This document shows, in pieces, positions 58,631-64,000 of a stretch of 64,000 bases of DNA (position 1 is the stretch's first letter; the number at the start of each line of letters is the position of its first letter). The stretch is from the human T2T-CHM13v2.0 reference genome, Homo sapiens. The stretch lies in the NCBI RefSeq assembly GCF_009914755.1, contig NC_060933.1. One strand, 5' to 3'. The position numbers and the translations under genes are program-made. The notes below the pieces were generated by a model. The model searched no databases. It saw only the letters and a list, made by a program, of their open reading frames with translations, and was not told where the DNA came from.

Positions 58631-60329
58631 AGAAATAGAATTACATAGTGTGTGGTGTGGTGTTTTTCATCGGCTTATTCATGTCGTAGCAGGAATCAGA
58701 ACCCCATTCCTTTTTATGACCACATAATATTCCACTGTATGGAACGAACACAGTTTGTGTATCCATTCGCCTGTCCCACTTGGGTGGTTGGTGTATTTTG
58801 GGGATTGGAAATAGGGCTGCTGGGAGCCTGTGTGTGGATTCACTCGAGCCCCTGTTTCCAATTCCACTGGGACTATGTCTGGAGTATCATTGCTGGGTTA
58901 CCTGGTAGTTCTGTTTAGCTTTTTGAGGCGCCACTGCAGTGTTTCCAACGGCACATGATGCATTTGCCGGTGGGTCTGTTTGGCCCCTCCATACCCACCC
59001 TCCACCTTTCTCGGCTCTGCTCTGTAACCGGACGTGGTCCTGGGTAGACAGTGCCAAAGGCCCCCTTCCCCTCCAATTCCAGGTTAGGCTCAGCCGGCGG
59101 GCGGGGTGACAGGAGGGAAGGCAGGGTGGGCGTTCCCAGGGCCCTCCCTGTGAGGTTGTCTCAGGGTGGCCGTGCAGCTGCATGGAGGTGGCAGCTCTCC
59201 CAAGGTGTGACTCCATGGGGATCGGAAGTGCTGCCTCCCTCCTCCCTGGGCCTGCGGTGAGAGCCCTGTGACCACACTCTCCTGGGGCTCCCTTCACCCA
59301 CACTATTGCAAACACTCCCTTTGTAAATCAGCGGTCCCTGAATCATCTGGGCTGGAGTGAGTCCCCCATTTCCTGTTGAAATCAGCCCCCAGCCCCCGTG
59401 TGCTCTGGACTGGATGTGCCTTCGAGGCTGGAGGGGCAGGAGCTCCCCTCCTCGTAATCCCCAAGCCGAATGCCCAGCAGGACGCAGAGGTCAGTAGGGA
59501 TATTTTGGACGCACGAAAGAATGGCCTCACTGTTTCGATAGTTGCTCACATATTCTAAGCACGTCGGAAACGCGGAGCTTCTGGCCTCGGGCCTGAGTGG
59601 AGAAAAGACCGGCTTCCCCGAGGGCTCTCTCGTCTATCAAAGGGAATCAAACTGACAGCTAGGTGCTGGGGACAGCCTCATGAAGAGGAGGAAGTTCACT
59701 CGGCAGAGGACCAGTGAAGGCTCTGCACTCTGGGAAGAACGAGGTCGTGGCTCAGCCCCACCTCGGGCTTACCTGGGCAGGTGACTTCGGCTGCCCGCCT
59801 GGGAGTGGGATATTCTTAGCTTCATGTGATGACCCTGTAAATAGGGTGCTTGTGGGGATGAAAGAGCTTCCTGCTCATGTAGGGCCAGGTAAGGGGACTT
59901 GAGGGACCCGCGAAGAGCCTGATGGTGCCCCGGGTGTGTGGGTGGCGGATCCCAGCTGCGTGGAGCCCCGGCTTGCACTCAGCATAGAGCACAGATGCAC
60001 AAGAACTATTTGCTGAATAAACAAATAACAGAACATGGTAGTCCAGAGAAACCCTTGTTTATATAACAGGAAGACAGAAGAGAATGTTTATAGGAATATG
60101 GCTTATAAAGCCAACAAAACGGACACAGCTCAGAGGCTCATCAACAGGTGGCTGGACAAAAGAATGGGGCTGTATCCACGTGGTAGAATATTACACGGCA
60201 GTTAGGTGCGCGGATAATGGCTCCGTGTGCCCCCAGGCACACCTTGCCATGGATGAATATCAAATATGATTGAGGGAGAAAAGTCAGGGAAAGAAATATA
60301 TGTATATTCAATTTCATACATTTCACAAA

Positions 60330-60751
60330 TGCTATACCTACTGCTGCCGTAACAAATCGCCGTGAATTTAAAACGTGTAGTTTAAAACAACACATATTGA
60401 TTATCTTATGGCTCTGGAAGTCAGAAGTCCAGCATTGGTCTCACTGGTCTAGAATCCAGGTGTGGGCAGGGCTCTGGAGAGCAGTCCCCCTCCAGCACCT
60501 ATGGGCCACCTGCGGTCCTCGGCTCTTGGCCCCACCCTTCGTCGTCAAGGCCAGCAGCATCTTCTCTCCCCGACCTTGGTCTCCATCCTCACATCTTCTC
60601 TCTCTGACTCTGACCCCCCTGCCTCCCTGTTGTAAGGACCCGATTAATTACACTGGACTCACTGCCCCACTACATCTGCAAAATCAGGTGACATATTCCC
60701 AGTTCCAGGAACTGGGACACCTTTGGAGGCCACCATTCTGTCTACCGCACA
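60330..60751 (-). mobile_element. MLT1 (C/D-like) LTR inside an L1ME fragment
   Basis: CTGCTGCCGTAACAAATCGCC..TTAAAACAACAC..CTGGAAGTCAGAAGTCC..TTCTGTCTACCGCA. Confidence 0.8.
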
Positions 60752-61104
60752 GATGAATGACAAACATGCACCCAGGAGAATGGGGGTCTCTGGGGAGGGC
60801 AGATGGGATAGGGGAGACATACAGAGGCACGTCTTCGGGGCTGGACAGCTTTATTATCACTGTTGAATTAAGAAACAGGGGTAGCAGTTTCTGCACCCAC
60901 CCCTGTCAGGGACCCTCTCCAACAGCCCAGCCCCCAGTGGCTGCATCTCTGTGTCCCTGGCACACCTCACCATCATGATGGGGCTGGAGGTGGACATTGG
61001 TGAATACATATCCCAACTCCCTACCCCTGAGAGGGAGGGGAATTCTGGGCCCTTTTTCCAGAGCATCACCATAGGGTTCCCCATCACCCTCCCTGGGAAC
61101 TGGC

Positions 61105-61760
61105 TTCACATAATGTAAAGATAACCATTTTAAAGTAAGCAGTTCCATGGCATTTAGTACCTTCATGATGTGAGGCAGCCACCACCTCTGTCCGGTTCTA
61201 AAACATTTGCATCACTCCAAAGAGAACTTTGTACCATGTCCCATCACCCCCCTCCAGCCCTTGATGACTGTGGATCTGCCATCACCCCCGTTATTCCCCC
61301 TCCAGCCCCCAGCCCCTGGTGACTGCGGGTCTGCCATCACCGCCGTTATTCCCCCTCCAGCCCCCCAGCCCCTGGTGACTGTGGGTCTGCTACCACCCCC
61401 GTCATTCCCCCTCCAGCGCCCAGCCTCTGGTGACCGCAGATCTGCCTTCTGTCTTGGAGGATTTGCCCGTTCTGGACATTTCATGGAGATGAATCACACA
61501 ACATGTGGGCTCGGGTCTGGCTTCTTTTCTGAGGCTCTGCCGTGTGGTCGTCTGTGTGAGAGCTCTGCTCCCTTGCATGGCTGAGGAACATCCCATTGTC
61601 CGGATAGACCACCGCGTGTGGACCCTCCTCTGCTGAGGGGTATCTGGGCTGCTTCCACCTTTGGCTTCTGTGAATTGTGCTCTAGGAACCTCGGTGAACA
61701 CACACTTGTTGGAGTCCCTGTCTTCAGTTCTTCCAGGCACACACCTGGCTGTGGAGCTGC
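61105..61760 (-). mobile_element. L1MB-type 3' end, GC-shifted
   Basis: AACCATTTTAAAGT..GGCATTTAGTACCTTCA..GGATTTGCCCGTTCTGGACATTTCAT. Confidence 0.75.
61245..61446. repeat. ~55-bp tandem repeat, ~3.5 copies, inside L1MB
   Basis: CCCCCTCCAGCCCCCAGCCCCTGGTGACTG.GGGTCTGCCATCACCCCCGTTATT units. Confidence 0.88.
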
Positions 61761-61929
61761 ACGTGCTCTCTCGATGGCTACCCCCCTCCCCGGTGGCCCC
61801 TCTCCCCCCAGCATTCTCTCCATCCTTGGGTCCTTGTGTCAGGGGTTGCTTCTGGGGAAACGGAAATGTCACAGAAACTTAACAAACGTGAGATCTGTTA
61901 GTTCTGGTTGTGAGTCACCTTCTCTAAAC

Positions 61930-62118
61930 CTGTGCTGTGCAATGTGGAAGCCACGGTCCGTACTTGGCTGTTTCAATGCAGGTGAATTTAAAAAGATGGA
62001 CTTTAGATGCAGGTCCAGAGGCACAGTGGCCCCATTTCAAGTGGCCAGTGGCTACCGAATGGGACAGGGCCGATATAGGACGTGCCCATCATCGGGAAAG
62101 TTCCACTGGACAGTGCTG
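61930..62118 (-). mobile_element. MER3 hAT-Charlie MITE
   Basis: CTGTGCTGT.CAAT..CATTTCAAGTG..AGTGGCTACCG..CCATCATCG..AAAGTTC.A.TGGACAGTGCTG. Confidence 0.8.
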
Positions 62119-64000
62119 CTCTATATTTTTGGGAAATATTTTGTACTTAAAAACGTGCCCCAAAGAACCCCAAAGTGAACAACGAAAACAAGCCATTTTG
62201 GAGCATGAGAGTGGCACGGGTGCAGCAGGGGCAGAATCGGTGGGGCCAGGATCAGCGGGGGCAGGATCCGCAGGGGGTGCCGGCGGTGCTGGCTTGAACG
62301 AGCTGACTCCGAGCCCTTGAAGCTAGGGCTCAGCCTCTCAATCTGGAATGTGGCCCCTACAGAGCTGGGTGGGTCTGGGGACATGGATGAGGCTGTCCCA
62401 GGTAGGGCAGTTCAAGGCACTGCTTAGAGCGGGGTTCAAAGCTGGGGCGTGCAGACCCAGGAGGCCGTAGGGTCTGTAAAGCACCCAGAGGCTGGTACAG
62501 CTTCAAGCACCAGGGTGCCTGGGGAGGGCAGGCAGGGCCAGGCAGGGGCAGACCCTGAGTGGGGGCTATGTGCCCCCTCCCATCTTCCAGGAGCAGAGCA
62601 CGTGCTGGAGCAGGAGTAGTGGGGGCCACCCTCTCCATAGAGCAGGTCTCAGGCCGACCAGCTGGGCAACTGGACAGGCCCAAAAGGCCCCTGGGTCTCG
62701 GTTTCCTTGTATCTGAAATAAGCAGGGTCTCTGGTCTCCTACAGGGCCAGGGCACTCTCTTCCTCCTGGCTGAGCCTCTGGTGCATTTGCTGAATTTTGC
62801 CAGCACCTCGGAAGGACTTACCACATGCCATGACCCTTTCTGAACACTACAGAGTTTAGCTCATTGAATCGGTATGGCAACCCCATAGGGGGAGTGGTCT
62901 TGTGAATCTCACTTTACAGATGAGGAAACCGAGGCAGGGAGGATAGGCAACCTCACCAAGGTCACACGGTCAGTTGGGGTCTGGCTGGGAGTCTGTGCAC
63001 CTTACCACCAGGCCCCATGATCTGTCGATCTGTCCAGAGAGACTCAGGTCCCTGGGCTACTAGCTAGGGGTCACCTGCACTTTGGCTGGAGGCAACATCT
63101 TAAAGTAAAGGAAGAGCTTAGAGCCCTCAACCTCTGTCGCCCTGCCCGGCCGGCTGCCCCCACAGCCTGACACCCGCCGAGATGCAGCAGCCTCCGCACT
63201 CTGCTCGTGTGGGACTGCACCAGGCAGCTCTCTTTGTGTCCAGGATCCCAGCAGCCCAGGCCGCATGACCTCATCCCCATCCACACCCCGGGCCTCACAC
63301 TAAAAATGACCCTGCTAGCTTATTGTTTATTGGAGGTTTTGTGGAAACCTGAAGAAAATAAAAAAAAACTACGAACTTTTGGAGTTGGGCAGAGTCTGTC
63401 TCCCTCCAAACACAGCATTGTTGCTGCATGTTTGAAGGTTCCTCCTCCCTGTGCCACGTGGACGGCAGCGACCTTCTCCCTGGGACGGACGTTCAGAGGA
63501 GGGAAGCGATGTCCAGCCCTTGGAGGGGCCTGGCTGTCCTTTGTGGGGTTCTGAGTTCTTCCCCCTTTGTGACTCTTGGAGCTGCTCTAAGCTGGGTTCT
63601 CACTCCAAGAAAGCAATCGGGGTTTTTCCATCGGCTTGCTCCTGTCCCCTTGGGTGCCAGAATTGTAAGCTGGAGATGATTAAACAGAAAGTGTGGGAAT
63701 CCATAAAAACAAGGGTGCCAGGTACTGCAGAGGACCCACTCTGCACTCGGCCTTCCTTCCCCAGGTCTCCCAAGGCTGACCATGTGGAAATTAAAACATC
63801 ATCTTCCAGGAAATTAATGAAAACCGAATTTATGAGGCAGCTGTTCTCGGGTGTGAACTTTCTTAAAGGACCAGTGGGCCCAGGGGTGAGGTGCGGAGCA
63901 GCCCCCTCCCCGACCCTGTTGCTGCCATCAACCCGCCGCTCAGCAGAGCCTTCTATTTGGAAATGAACCCGCAAAAGGCCTCTGGGTACCAGGGCCCTGA

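Overview
This is primate genomic DNA, human or great ape, as shown by the AluY, AluS, AluJ, L1PA, THE1 and MIR elements. It is GC-rich and subtelomeric in character, and it appears intergenic or intronic. I can support no intact protein-coding gene, rRNA, tRNA or CRISPR array. The long ORFs in the track are artefacts of stop-free minisatellites, Alus or GC-rich sequence, and many use GTG/TTG starts. The only real coding remnants are decayed L1 ORF2 (reverse transcriptase) and a decayed hAT-Blackjack transposase. The window holds about 21 Alu-family elements, a 2.6-kb truncated L1PA inside a long ancient L1M, several MaLR/ERVL LTRs (one with LTR-internal-LTR structure) and DNA-transposon fossils. 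It also holds seven minisatellites with units of 20, 79, 18, 31, 40, 60/70 and about 55 bp. Four observations stand out. (1) There are three short locally templated insertions, one a chimera of an inverted upstream piece and a direct downstream piece. (2) Five of the seven minisatellites appear to have arisen from or inside old transposon fossils, and a sixth from a duplication edge. (3) A CpG-rich 31-bp VNTR carries 11 canonical E2F sites. (4) A 60/70-bp VNTR has a 10-bp sub-unit that toggles a G-quadruplex motif. From memory only and unverified, sequence near 50.6 kb resembles the flank of SNP rs10776839 at 9q34, between RXRA and COL5A1. Repeat family names come from recalled consensus sequences and need RepeatMasker/Dfam confirmation. 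I found no convincing novel gene system.
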